Source: Fluviicola sp. (GTDB lineage Bacteria > Bacteroidota > Bacteroidia > Flavobacteriales_D > Crocinitomicaceae). Taken from it: a DNA stretch of 54,746 bases. A program made the translations under genes and the position numbers. The stretch's first letter is position 1, and every line of letters begins with the position of its first letter. Location of the stretch: positions 1 to 54,746 of the forward strand of contig JBKDZA010000277.1 in assembly GCA_046308455.1 (NCBI GenBank), given 5' to 3'. Shown piece by piece: positions 1-11,769 of this stretch. The notes beneath the pieces were generated by a model that saw only the letters and a program-made list of their open reading frames with translations, was not told where the DNA came from and ran no database searches.

Positions 1-85
1 TATTTGTTTTAAACTCTACTTTATCAACAAACCATGGCGATGTTAATCCCAATGCCAACTCAAAAATTTCAGCGCTATTATTCAT
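1..85 (-). CDS. ISL3-family transposase, N-terminal fragment (partial)
   Basis: Manual translation from ATG at 85: MNNSAEIFELALGLTSPWFVDKVEFKTN. The F-x-x-ALGL-x-x-PW-x-V motif is typical of ISL3 transposase N-termini. Not in the ORF track. Confidence 0.7.
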   Translation of the reverse strand, partial: MNNSAEIFELALGLTSPWFVDKVEFKTN

Positions 86-135
86 AGCCGTAAAGTTCAC
101 GTTTTTATATTACCCACACAAATTCATATAGAACC
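1..135 (-). mobile_element. Left end of an ISL3-family insertion sequence (truncated by window edge)
   Basis: Minus strand begins GGTTCTATATGAATTTGTGTGGGTA (135-111), resembling ISL3 terminal IRs (GG(C/T)TCT...GTGGG). AT-rich flank AAAATAAA at 136-143. Transposase-like start 50 bp inside. Confidence 0.7.
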
Positions 136-160
136 AAAATAAATTGATTATACTCATACT

Positions 161-391
161 TACCACCTTTTTGTCATTGCCACAAAAAGGTGGTGCCAAA
201 AAGGTCTAGGCCTATACTCCGTTTTCTAGTAAATTACGCGACATTTCACTGAAAAAAGTGAAACTCCTAACTTTGTTACCGAGGACGATTTTGACTTTTC
301 AAGCCAAAACGTCTTCGACAAAGTGTCGTCAAACAGCACTTTTTCCCACGTTTCATTTGCTTATTCACTAACGAAAACTACATAAGGGCCT
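161..391 (+). repeat. Structured non-coding element: 13-bp hairpin followed by a ~180-nt nested imperfect stem-loop (REP/MITE-like or ncRNA)
   Basis: 162-174 pairs perfectly with 182-194. Nested arms: 208-212/387-391, 221-226/373-378, 227-230/367-370, 253-260/337-344, 270-276/318-324, 280-287/310-317, 289-293/305-309. Confidence 0.6.
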
Positions 392-534
392 TTCATCGTA
401 CAAATTAAATCCTTTTTTCAAAATGTAATTAGTGGTAAATATGAGAATACTCAAAAAAAATAATCCAATTTACAAGCATAAGTTAGGTTTAAATCAAAAG
501 GAGAGAAACAAACGTTTAGGTGTAGTTTCAAAGC

Positions 535-567
535 AAAAAAGGTTTCGAGTATTTCGAAACCTTTTTT
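535..567. terminator. Intrinsic terminator, bidirectional form
   Basis: A6-GGTTTCGA-gtatt-TCGAAACC-T6 just after the stop of the 574-1293 gene. Confidence 0.8.
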
Positions 568-573
568 ATTAAA

Positions 574-1293
574 TTAAATTACTTTTTTAATCTTGATTTT
601 TTCTCCCACATCAACACCTGATAGCTTCGAATAAATCATAACAACTTTGAACTTTTCAGCTTTAAACGTACTTGGAATTACACTTTGAATTGAAGCATCA
701 TTATTTGCTCCTAAAGCATCACAAATCAATTCTAAGGTTTCAATTTTCCCAATACATTTTCTTCCAAGATTATCAACTAATTCAATTTTATCTCCAATAT
801 AAAATGCTCCATTCAACACTTCAAAATCTGTAATTAAAAACCCTGGAACTGTTGAATTAGGAATAGTAGCATCTAGAAACATAATACTTGCTTTTGCTTC
901 TGAGATTGAATCATCTGGATAAAAATCTTTGTATGTACCAAGTGGTGCAAAACGATCTGTTGGAGCAATTGAGTCACCCGAGATTTCCATAAATTGTTTT
1001 AGAACTTGTCCTTTTGCAATCGTTTCATTGTTTGGATACAAAATTGAAGCATAGTAAACCGTCGAATCTGCTCTAAGAACTTCGAAAACACCGATTGAGT
1101 CGTCTTTTATATCAGAACTCAATTTTAAAGATACTTCCCAGCCATACTTTTTGTCTCTTTTAGCCGAAACCAAGGTATGTTTTCCTTTATAAACCTCATC
1201 TAACGTTTTCGGTTTTGGAGACTTTGGAACTGTTTTTTGTGCAGTTAATCCAAATCCAGATAAGAGCACACTGATCAAAAGAACAAACTTCAT
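574..1293 (-). CDS. Hypothetical secreted protein
   Basis: 239-aa ORF with Sec signal peptide (MKFVLLISVLLSGFGLTAQ) and its own terminator; no family recognised. Confidence 0.75.
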   Translation of the reverse strand: MKFVLLISVLLSGFGLTAQKTVPKSPKPKTLDEVYKGKHTLVSAKRDKKYGWEVSLKLSSDIKDDSIGVFEVLRADSTVYYASILYPNNETIAKGQVLKQFMEISGDSIAPTDRFAPLGTYKDFYPDDSISEAKASIMFLDATIPNSTVPGFLITDFEVLNGAFYIGDKIELVDNLGRKCIGKIETLELICDALGANNDASIQSVIPSTFKAEKFKVVMIYSKLSGVDVGEKIKIKKVI

Positions 1294-1385
1294 TTTTATA
1301 ATTTTTGTGCAATTTATAAAAAAGTTAGGGTTTGAGATAATTAATTATCAGAAAATTAACCTTTAACAAATTAATTTACATGAAT

Positions 1386-2759
1386 TTATCTCCCCAATTC
1401 TCCTCTAACGTAACGATCAGTTAAATTAAACTTATATGCTTTCGCAATAAATTCTAAGTATTTACTTTGAGCCGACAAATAACTGATTTCACGCGCGTTC
1501 ACCAAGAACAATGAACTCTCACCAATATTAAAGAAGTTACGTTCAGCTTCTGATAAAAGGAAATAACGTTGAGCAATTGTTTCAGAAGTCTCCATTTGAT
1601 CCAAAGTAACAACCCAATTTTGTCTATTTTGAAGCAATTTTGTTTCTAATTCACGTTGCTTTTGAATTTGCTGAAATTGTGTGTTCTCAATTTTCAACTT
1701 TGTCACTTGAAGTGAAGATCGCTCTTTTCTCAAAAACAATGGCATGTAAAAACTTGCTCCCCATTTGTAATTGGTATAATCTAAATTCATTGAAATTAAA
1801 TCATCAGGAGTCTGCAACAAGTTGTAATTGAAATTCAATTGCGGTTTTAATTGTTCCACTTTTAGTCTTCTTTCCAATTCTAAATCAGATAGCTTTGTTG
1901 AATACAACAATAAATCGGGGTTTTGATCAATTGATACATTTGGCAAGGCCTGTCTTGTAGCTTTTGAAATTTTTTCTATTTGTAGACTTGTGTCTAATTT
2001 TAAAGGAAGCGTACCTTTTTCCCATAAGAAAACTTCAACTGCCAATAATGCATTTTGACGATTCAATCTTCTTTGCTGCACATCTACTTGACGTAAAAAC
2101 AATTGTGCTGAAGCTTCAACTGTATCCAAAAAAGCACGCTCACCTATTTCAGACTCAATTTTTATTTGATTGTAACGGATTTGGGCAATACGAAAACCTT
2201 CTTCAGCCAATTCTAATTGTGCATTTTGTTCTTGCAGATTGATAAAGTGTTGACCAGCTTCGTACAACAATTCATTTAAAGTCAATTGCTGTTCAAAAAT
2301 ACTTTGATTCAAAGCAACTTGTGATCTTCTCAATTGCGTTCTTCGCTCGTCTGTAAAAAGTCCTCTTCCTATTGGAACCTCAACACCAAGATACGTCAAA
2401 CCACCATTTGGTAGAGTATGTTCTTCATTTAAATATTCCCCGCGGTTCCAATCTCCAGCAACTTTAAAATCGATGCCAAGGCGTGTTGGAATTTTCAAAC
2501 CAGAAGTCAAGGTCGAATAATACATCTTACCATCGTAATACTTTTGGTCAATTCCTGCAAAAGCAACGGGATCGAATGCTCCTTTCGACATGCGAATAAC
2601 TTGCTCTGCTTGTTCCACTTGATTACTTGCAACAATTGCGTAAGGATGATTTTCCTTAACATGTTGTAAATATTGTTCTAAAGTCAATACTTTCAACGTA
2701 TCTTGAGAGAAACCTTGAAAAACAAATAAGCTGAATAGTATTAAAACAAATTGTTTCAT
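1386..2759 (-). CDS. TolC-family outer membrane efflux protein
   Basis: Signal peptide, ENHP N-terminal motif, helical OEP-like repeats, GESSLFLVNARE motif; last gene of the ABC/HlyD operon. Confidence 0.9.
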   Translation of the reverse strand: MKQFVLILFSLFVFQGFSQDTLKVLTLEQYLQHVKENHPYAIVASNQVEQAEQVIRMSKGAFDPVAFAGIDQKYYDGKMYYSTLTSGLKIPTRLGIDFKVAGDWNRGEYLNEEHTLPNGGLTYLGVEVPIGRGLFTDERRTQLRRSQVALNQSIFEQQLTLNELLYEAGQHFINLQEQNAQLELAEEGFRIAQIRYNQIKIESEIGERAFLDTVEASAQLFLRQVDVQQRRLNRQNALLAVEVFLWEKGTLPLKLDTSLQIEKISKATRQALPNVSIDQNPDLLLYSTKLSDLELERRLKVEQLKPQLNFNYNLLQTPDDLISMNLDYTNYKWGASFYMPLFLRKERSSLQVTKLKIENTQFQQIQKQRELETKLLQNRQNWVVTLDQMETSETIAQRYFLLSEAERNFFNIGESSLFLVNAREISYLSAQSKYLEFIAKAYKFNLTDRYVRGELGR

Positions 2760-4078
2760 TTCTTTTTAGATTTACTTGCTGGATCTTTCTTTGGCGTGTA
2801 ATAATTTGCAGGGAAGCCATTCATTTGTCGCCACAATTCATACCAAATTGGAACGTCATTCAATAATACCATTGATTTTACTGCAACTCCCATTCGAAGT
2901 CCATCTGGCCATTTGTGAGAACTTTTATCTGGAGCAACTAACACTCTATATTTTCCGTTTTCGCTCACAAAATTATCTACAGCAATTACTTTTCCTTGGA
3001 ACATTCCAACGCTAGCACTTGGCCAACCTGAAAATACAATTGCAGGCCAACCATCAAATTGCAATTGCACATCATTTCCAACATGAATCAAAGGCAAATC
3101 GTATGGAGATACAAAAATTTCCACACCATAGTCAGCTGTTTCAGGCACAATACTAACCAACGGACTTCCTTCTTTTATAATTTCTCCAATCCCATTTTTT
3201 AATGCTTGCGAAATATATCCGTTTTGTGGAGCTGTCACATAGTAAAAACCTGATCGAGCACTATAATTGGCAACTTGATTTTGCATTTTTGTAACTGTTG
3301 CTTCAGCATCATAAATTGAAGAAAGCGCGGAGGATTTTTCGGATTCACTTTTCGCTATTTTATCTCTGTAATCTGCATCTATTGCTGAAAGGTCTTGAGT
3401 AGCGTTAATTAATTCGTTTCGTGAAGTCAATAATTTATTCTCCAAACTCACCACTTTCGCTTCCATTTCTTGTACTTTGATTTTTCTAGTTTCCATTTGA
3501 GTTAGCGAATACTGACCTTTTTCGTATAACTCATTTGCACGTTCAAATTGATCTCTTGCAGTTTTCAATAACTTTTCATTTGCACGGTAATCAGCACTAT
3601 CAGAAGTAATTTTGTAGCGCAATTGTTTAATTTTATTTTGAGCTTGATTCAATTTAACGATTCGATTATCTATCATCGCATCAATTTGCTGATCCAAAGC
3701 TTGAACCTTACCCATGTATGCGCCAACACTTCCTTCTTTTGAACGCATTTGTTCTTCCGTTCTTTTGACTAAATCCGGGTCCATGTATTCAGCTTTAACT
3801 TCTGATAAAAAAGCGATTGTATCTCCTTTTTTTACATACTGTCCTTCTTGAACGAACCATTGTTCAATTTTTCCGCCAATTACAGCATTTACTAATTGAG
3901 GACGATTATTTGGGCTAACAGCAGTAACCGCACCAATCGATTGTACATTTTGTGTCCATGGTAAAAACAAAATCAAAAAAAGTAAAAGAAAAACAATCGA
4001 TAATGTTTTCTTTAACCTTTTTGGAGATTTCAATGTTTCTAAATGACTAATTGAAGCATATTCATTAAATCGTTTCAT
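2756..4078 (-). CDS. HlyD-family membrane fusion protein
   Basis: N-terminal TM (LFLPWTQN), biotinyl-lipoyl-like GKIEQWFVQEGQYVKKGDTI, long coiled coil, FDGWPAIVFSGWP. Confidence 0.9.
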   Translation of the reverse strand: MKRFNEYASISHLETLKSPKRLKKTLSIVFLLLFLILFLPWTQNVQSIGAVTAVSPNNRPQLVNAVIGGKIEQWFVQEGQYVKKGDTIAFLSEVKAEYMDPDLVKRTEEQMRSKEGSVGAYMGKVQALDQQIDAMIDNRIVKLNQAQNKIKQLRYKITSDSADYRANEKLLKTARDQFERANELYEKGQYSLTQMETRKIKVQEMEAKVVSLENKLLTSRNELINATQDLSAIDADYRDKIAKSESEKSSALSSIYDAEATVTKMQNQVANYSARSGFYYVTAPQNGYISQALKNGIGEIIKEGSPLVSIVPETADYGVEIFVSPYDLPLIHVGNDVQLQFDGWPAIVFSGWPSASVGMFQGKVIAVDNFVSENGKYRVLVAPDKSSHKWPDGLRMGVAVKSMVLLNDVPIWYELWRQMNGFPANYYTPKKDPASKSKKK

Positions 4079-4125
4079 AGCTATATGTTAATTCTATTCT
4101 AAATTTCTTTTATTTAACAACTAGA

Positions 4126-5745
4126 TTACTTTAAATCAAACTGATTCCAATGATTGTGGGTTAAATTTTTACTCGCACAAAGAATTGTAGTTTTTGGATA
4201 ATTATTTTCGATATTATTTAAGATTTGAATTTGATCTTCAACAGTAAATGACAATCCAAAAAAGGAAATAATAAACAATTGAGGTGATGAGACTAACGCT
4301 CTAGCAATTAAAATTTTCTCACGTTCTTCTTCACTCAACAATTTATTTGCTTTCGATAAAAAGATATCTCTTCCCTCATAAAATTTATCGTTTAAATAAG
4401 ATAATCCAACACAATCCATAGCTTTAGTGAAGTCATCAAGAGTCAATTCATTTCTTCCAAATATTACATTTTCATAGAGTGTACCATCAATTAAATGTAC
4501 GCCTTTTGAAAACCAACCAAATTGATCAATATTTGCAAACAAACGCTCAGCTTTCGGAACCATGTAATTCCACCTTGGCATTTTACTTTTCGAGTACGTT
4601 GGATCAATAATTAAGCGTAAAAACGCATCCGTTTTCAATTGATTCGAGGCATGAATAAAGGTATGACAACCTTCTTCAATTTGGAATAGAACGTTTAATT
4701 CATTTGTTGTTACATCAATTACTTCGATTGGAAAAATTGGTTCTTTTGCAAGCTTATCAGTTGGATCTCCTTCATACGTCATCGGTAAATCTTGAATTTG
4801 ACCCAATTTCTCAAGTGATGTGAAAACATCATAAAATGTTTCCAAAAGTTGAGTTAATTTTTCAACTGAACTAAGAATTAATAGGATCAGTACTTCAGCA
4901 GCAACAAATTGACCTAAGCTCAATTGACGATCAATTACTAAATATCCACCCAAACCAAGAAGTGCGGCAACAATTAATGCTTTTAATGCAATCATCCAAA
5001 TGTATTGCGAACGTAAAACAGCGAAATGATTCGTTCTACTTGTTAAATAATCGACTGAATGCTTGTCTAAACGTTCCAAATTTAGTTTCGCTTTTGGCAC
5101 TAAACGGAAACTCCAATCTGCTCGTGCAACTTCTTGTAGCCAGAAAACAGTTTTGTATTTGTGTGTACTTTCTTCATATGCAGTTTTCATACCTCTTTTA
5201 ACGATAGGACGAAAAACTAAATAAATAATTGTTACCAACAAAGCGCTAAATCCAATATAAAAAGGATGATAAAAAGACAATACCAATAAACTAAAAGTTA
5301 TTTGCAAAAATGATTGAGTAAAGTCGAGTAATAATTTTGCTATTCCTTTTTGAATCACCATAATGTCAAAAAAGCGATTCATTAGTTCGAAAGGAATTTT
5401 TCCTTTTAATGCTAGTCGGTTTAAACGAGGAAAACGATATGCAAAATCGAATGTGAAATAAACGAAAATCTTTTGCTGTAAATTTTCTGTGAGTCTTAAA
5501 TTCAAAACTTGAAGTGAACCTGCAAGAATAACTCCTAAGATCACCAAAGCAACAAGAACAATCCATGATGTTACTACTTGACCAGATTGCACATACTGAA
5601 TGACAGACTGAATCCCAAGCGGTAAACTCAAACTCAAAAGTCCACTTAAAATTGCGAAAACATACAATTGAGAAATTGCTTCTTTATCTAAAGCTAAAAT
5701 CTCTTTGAATCGCATCCATCTTGTTTTATTTGTTGCTTCTGCCAT
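4126..5745 (-). CDS. ABC exporter subunit (TMD + degenerate NBD), T1SS/peptidase-ABC-like
   Basis: ABC membrane domain (ELMNRFFD, SLGQFVAAE). NBD remnants GTLYENV and LIARAL, but Walker A, signature and Walker B are degenerate. Confidence 0.85.
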   Translation of the reverse strand: MAEATNKTRWMRFKEILALDKEAISQLYVFAILSGLLSLSLPLGIQSVIQYVQSGQVVTSWIVLVALVILGVILAGSLQVLNLRLTENLQQKIFVYFTFDFAYRFPRLNRLALKGKIPFELMNRFFDIMVIQKGIAKLLLDFTQSFLQITFSLLVLSFYHPFYIGFSALLVTIIYLVFRPIVKRGMKTAYEESTHKYKTVFWLQEVARADWSFRLVPKAKLNLERLDKHSVDYLTSRTNHFAVLRSQYIWMIALKALIVAALLGLGGYLVIDRQLSLGQFVAAEVLILLILSSVEKLTQLLETFYDVFTSLEKLGQIQDLPMTYEGDPTDKLAKEPIFPIEVIDVTTNELNVLFQIEEGCHTFIHASNQLKTDAFLRLIIDPTYSKSKMPRWNYMVPKAERLFANIDQFGWFSKGVHLIDGTLYENVIFGRNELTLDDFTKAMDCVGLSYLNDKFYEGRDIFLSKANKLLSEEEREKILIARALVSSPQLFIISFFGLSFTVEDQIQILNNIENNYPKTTILCASKNLTHNHWNQFDLK

Positions 5746-6409
5746 AATCTTTAAAAACTTGCTCGTAAATATTTAAAAAATAACTTGCCGATTGACATTT
5801 CCCATCAATCGTATTGGTAAGTCTTGGCAAATGTTCAGAATAAAAATCTTGAACAATTGACCCTTCTATAATGTTTGAAATCAAAATTTTGGGATAAGGA
5901 TATTCTGGACATAAATCTATCAACCAATTAGACAAGTGATCGACAATTTTTTTGTAATTCTCAAAAACACCTAAGCTATTAACTTGATCAATATTTTTAA
6001 TTAAAAAAGCTTTGAATCCTTCGTTTTTAATTATCTCTTTCAATTCCTTTTCATGCTGAAACTCCATATTGTTAACAGCTTCATTCCAAAGTAAAATATT
6101 AATTGCCTTATCTAAACCCTCTTTAGTTTCGTTCAAATTAACTGTTGCGAAATGAATTTTATGTTCAACCAAGCCCCAATACCAAGCAAATAAATACTGT
6201 AAAAAATGATGCTTACTTTCAAAGTAACGATAAATTGAAACTTCTGAACTACTAATTTGAATCGCTAATTTTTTAAATGTAAACTGTTCAAATCCTAAAT
6301 CGTTCATTAAGACAATACCTTGCTGAAATATTTGCTCACCCAATTTTGATTCTTGAGGGTTTTTCAAGAATGTGTGTTGCGGGACATCTATTTTAAGTTG
6401 TAATAACAT
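5726..6409 (-). CDS. TetR/AcrR-family transcriptional regulator
   Basis: HTH GFEQFTFKKLA...SIYRYFESK; heads the exporter operon and overlaps the ABC gene by 20 nt. Confidence 0.9.
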   Translation of the reverse strand: MLLQLKIDVPQHTFLKNPQESKLGEQIFQQGIVLMNDLGFEQFTFKKLAIQISSSEVSIYRYFESKHHFLQYLFAWYWGLVEHKIHFATVNLNETKEGLDKAINILLWNEAVNNMEFQHEKELKEIIKNEGFKAFLIKNIDQVNSLGVFENYKKIVDHLSNWLIDLCPEYPYPKILISNIIEGSIVQDFYSEHLPRLTNTIDGKCQSASYFLNIYEQVFKDYGRSNK

Positions 6410-6411
6410 TT

Positions 6412-6428
6412 TATTAGTATTACTAATA
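6412..6428. promoter_or_regulatory. Putative TetR operator
   Basis: Perfect palindrome TATTAGTA-T-TACTAATA immediately upstream of the tetR start codon. Confidence 0.55.
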
Positions 6429-6552
6429 TTTAATTATGCAATAGTAATCATTTTATAGTTTAACTAATATTTTTTAACACTTTTTGGAGTTTTTTAAACA
6501 ACAAGACCAATTCTTTTATTATTCTACTTGTAATAGCTAAAGTAAATCTTAA

Positions 6553-8811
<2,259 letters not shown>

Positions 8812-8831
8812 CAATTACAAAAAAACAGAAT

Positions 8832-8861
8832 AAAGGTCAATGGAAACGTTGACCTTTTTTT
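8832..8861 (+). terminator. Intrinsic terminator of icd
   Basis: AAAGGTCAA-N8-TTGACCTTT followed by T-run. Confidence 0.8.
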
Positions 8862-8876
8862 GGTGTTTAAAATTTT

Positions 8877-8895
8877 ATTGCAACTTTGTTGCATT
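8877..8895. promoter_or_regulatory. Putative Zur/Fur-family operator
   Basis: Palindrome TGCAAC-TTT-GTTGCA over the -33 region of a TACTTTTG promoter (8911-8918), upstream of a COG0523 gene pair. Confidence 0.6.
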
Positions 8896-8922
8896 AATGT
8901 TTTTTTTATATACTTTTGTTTC

Positions 8923-9135
8923 ATGAAGACAAATGAAATACCAAAAACATATGAGGAATGGAAGTATTGTATTGGACAGAAATGCAAACAAGAATTAAGT
9001 AAGGATTTTGTTATAGACAGAATAAAAACATATTCAACACCACATCATCCGGAAACAATTCGATTCATCAATCAATATGGAAGTGTTCATTTAGTAAATA
9101 TTCTTAATTGGTATAAAAAAGCATTAGAGGAATGA
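8923..9135 (+). CDS. Small conserved-looking hypothetical protein (70 aa, W-x-x-C-I-x-x-x-C motif)
   Basis: ATG at 8923 follows the promoter; stop overlaps the GTPase start (ATGA). The longer track start at 8860 runs through the terminator and operator. Confidence 0.75.
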   Translation: MKTNEIPKTYEEWKYCIGQKCKQELSKDFVIDRIKTYSTPHHPETIRFINQYGSVHLVNILNWYKKALEE

Positions 9136-10328
9136 ATAAATTACCTGTAACAGTATTGAGTGGATTTCTTGGAGCTGGAAAAACGACTCTTTTGAATCAT
9201 ATTTTGCACAACAAAGAAAACTTAAAAGTCGCTGTGATTGTGAACGATATGAGTGAAGTCAACATAGATGCTCAACTTGTGAAAAATGAAAACACGCTTT
9301 CAAGAACAGATGAAAAGTTAGTAGAAATGAGCAATGGTTGTATCTGTTGTACATTACGTGAAGATTTAATGATAGAAGTTGAACGATTAGCTAAAGAAGG
9401 TAGATTTGATTATCTGCTAATCGAAAGTACAGGAATATCGGAACCAGTTCCAGTTGCTCAAACATTTAGTTTTGTTAATGAGGATGAAGGAATAGATCTT
9501 TCAAAATTCAGTTACATTGATACTATGGTTACAGTTGTTGACTGTTTAAATTTTTTTAAGGACTATAGCACTAATGAATTATTAATAGACAGAGAATTGA
9601 CTGATATAGATGGAGATTACCGAACAATCGTTAATTTACTAACTGATCAAGTTGAGTTTGCAAATGTTATTATCTTAAACAAAACAGATTTGGTTAGTGA
9701 CAAAACTGTTGGGCTTTTAAAAGCAGCATTAACGAAGTTAAATCCAGACGCAAAAATTATTGAAAGTACATTTGGAAAAGTATTACCGAATAAAATTTTA
9801 AATACGGGTTTATTTAATTTTGAAGAGGCACAAAACTCAGCAGGTTGGCAAAAAGAACTTCAAAGTGGAGAACACACTCCAGAAACCGAAGAATATGGAA
9901 TAAGTTCATTTGTTTTTCGTGATCAGCGTCCATTTCATCCAGATAGATTTTGGACATATCTAAATGAAAAGTACCCAGGAACAATAATTCGAGCTAAAGG
10001 CTTATTTTGGATAGCTTCACGTCCTAATGACGCGATAAACTTCTCACAAGCTGGAGGTTCATCAAGACTAGAAACTGCTGGCGTTTGGTGGGCAAGTAAA
10101 ACCTTTGAAGAAAGAATTCAATACACTTCTTTTTTAGATAATAAAGAATGGATTGAAAGTCGTTGGGATAAAAAATGGGGAGATCGAATGAATGAATTGG
10201 TTTTCATTGGTCAAGATTTAAACAAAGAAGAAATTATTTCTAATTTAAATATTTGCTTGATTACTGAAAATGAATCAATAGACTTTGAAAATAAAGCTTT
10301 TAAAGACCCTTTTCCAAAAAACATATAA
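9132..10328 (+). CDS. COG0523/CobW-family zinc metallochaperone GTPase (ZigA/YciC-like)
   Basis: [26 protein letters not shown] (CxCC), [12 protein letters not shown], Cob[14 protein letters not shown]. Confidence 0.95.
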   Translation: MNKLPVTVLSGFLGAGKTTLLNHILHNKENLKVAVIVNDMSEVNIDAQLVKNENTLSRTDEKLVEMSNGCICCTLREDLMIEVERLAKEGRFDYLLIESTGISEPVPVAQTFSFVNEDEGIDLSKFSYIDTMVTVVDCLNFFKDYSTNELLIDRELTDIDGDYRTIVNLLTDQVEFANVIILNKTDLVSDKTVGLLKAALTKLNPDAKIIESTFGKVLPNKILNTGLFNFEEAQNSAGWQKELQSGEHTPETEEYGISSFVFRDQRPFHPDRFWTYLNEKYPGTIIRAKGLFWIASRPNDAINFSQAGGSSRLETAGVWWASKTFEERIQYTSFLDNKEWIESRWDKKWGDRMNELVFIGQDLNKEEIISNLNICLITENESIDFENKAFKDPFPKNI

Positions 10329-10381
10329 ACTAAAGAAAGTAAATAGGAGTTGAACTACGTTTTAGCAAAGCAAGTCAACGG

Positions 10382-10407
10382 AAAGCCTCATGAAAATGAG
10401 GCTTTTT
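10382..10407 (+). terminator. Intrinsic terminator
   Basis: AAAGCCTCAT-GAAA-ATGAGGCTTT plus TT. Confidence 0.8.
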
Positions 10408-10472
10408 CATTTTTATTGAATTATTGAAACGTGCTAAGAATACTTTCAAAAATTTATCCATAATTTTGTGAA

Positions 10473-11750
10473 ATGACAAATGAGAACAATCTTTCCTATT
10501 TTTTTATATTCAAAGAAAAAAAATGGTTCTTATTTTCAATAGTTTTAATTATCATTTTATCACTAGTTGAAGCAAATGGTCAGGGTGATTTTCACATTTT
10601 CCTATCCGCAAGTAAAGATTTAATTGAAAAAGAGAATATTTACACCAACAATTATAATCAATATTACCATTATTTTTACGACTTAAGCTTTGCCTTAATC
10701 CTTTACCCGCTTACTTTTCTGCCAATTTATTTCGCAAAATTGATATGGCTTTTATTCAATGGTTTCTTATTGTTTCGCATTTGGAAGTTAATTAGAGCTT
10801 ATTTACCTCAAGATGCATTTACTAAAAAAGGAGAAGTTCTAGTCACAATCCTATCATTTGTTTTTGTTTTAAGAGTTTTACAGGCAAATCTTCACCTTGC
10901 TCAACTTACGATTTTCATTCTTTTTCTTACACTTGAAGCGATTCACCAAATTCAAGTTAAAAAGAGACATTATTTAGGAGGGTTTTTATTGGCTTGGGGA
11001 ATTTGTATTAAACTTTTACCAATTGTTTTTATTCCATATTTAATCTTCAGAGCTGAATGGAAAGGTTTACTTTTCACAACTATAAATTGTCTATTCATAC
11101 TTTTTATACCCGTTTTATTTATTGGAATCGACTTCAACTTTTTCTTACTAAATGAGCGTTGGAAATTAATTAACCCTAGTAATAAACAACATATTTTAGA
11201 TACAGAAGAAAGAAGTTTTCATTCATTAACGACATTGATTTCCACACTTTTTTATCAAAATACTGGAGAACAATTTGTTTTATCCTATAAAAGAAACATT
11301 GCTGAATTAAGTATCGACCAAATTGCAAAGGTGATTTTAATCGTTCGCCTAATTTTTGTTGGTTTTACCCTTTATTTCTTAAATAGTTTACCATTCAGAG
11401 AAGCACGTTCACGTATTCAAAGTTTGTATGAAATTTCATACATCTGTTCGATAATCCCTCTAATTTTCCCACATCAACAGCATTATGCTTTTTTCTTCAT
11501 ATTACCTTCAGTTGTTTACTTGTTTTATTATTACAACCACCGATTTATTCGTCTCAAAATGGGAGGAAAAATCTCAAAATGGGTTTTTATAGTATTGATT
11601 TCAATTTCTTATTTGGCACTAAATTGTCATTTATTACTTGGGTCATATAGAGAAATATATGATCATTTTAAGATTTTGACGTATGGAGCAATTTTATTAA
11701 TTTTAATTCTTGGATTTTGTAGACCAAAATTCATTGAAATATCAAAATAA
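10473..11750 (+). CDS. GT-C fold membrane glycosyltransferase (GT87/DUF2029-like)
   Basis: Polytopic membrane protein with GDF, Y-x-Y, NLHLAQ, IKLLP motifs. Confidence 0.75.
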   Translation: MTNENNLSYFFIFKEKKWFLFSIVLIIILSLVEANGQGDFHIFLSASKDLIEKENIYTNNYNQYYHYFYDLSFALILYPLTFLPIYFAKLIWLLFNGFLLFRIWKLIRAYLPQDAFTKKGEVLVTILSFVFVLRVLQANLHLAQLTIFILFLTLEAIHQIQVKKRHYLGGFLLAWGICIKLLPIVFIPYLIFRAEWKGLLFTTINCLFILFIPVLFIGIDFNFFLLNERWKLINPSNKQHILDTEERSFHSLTTLISTLFYQNTGEQFVLSYKRNIAELSIDQIAKVILIVRLIFVGFTLYFLNSLPFREARSRIQSLYEISYICSIIPLIFPHQQHYAFFFILPSVVYLFYYYNHRFIRLKMGGKISKWVFIVLISISYLALNCHLLLGSYREIYDHFKILTYGAILLILILGFCRPKFIEISK

Positions 11751-11769
11751 TTAGATCATCTTTTAAACA

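Noticed and set aside
574-1293. Possible cargo of the adjacent T1SS-like exporter
   Set aside because: It has a Sec signal peptide and no RTX repeats or double-glycine leader, and a 92-bp gap separates it from tolC.
4079-4120. TTG-started MLNKRNLE upstream of hlyD, resembling a longer N-terminus
   Set aside because: Two in-frame stops intervene; too short to support a lesion.
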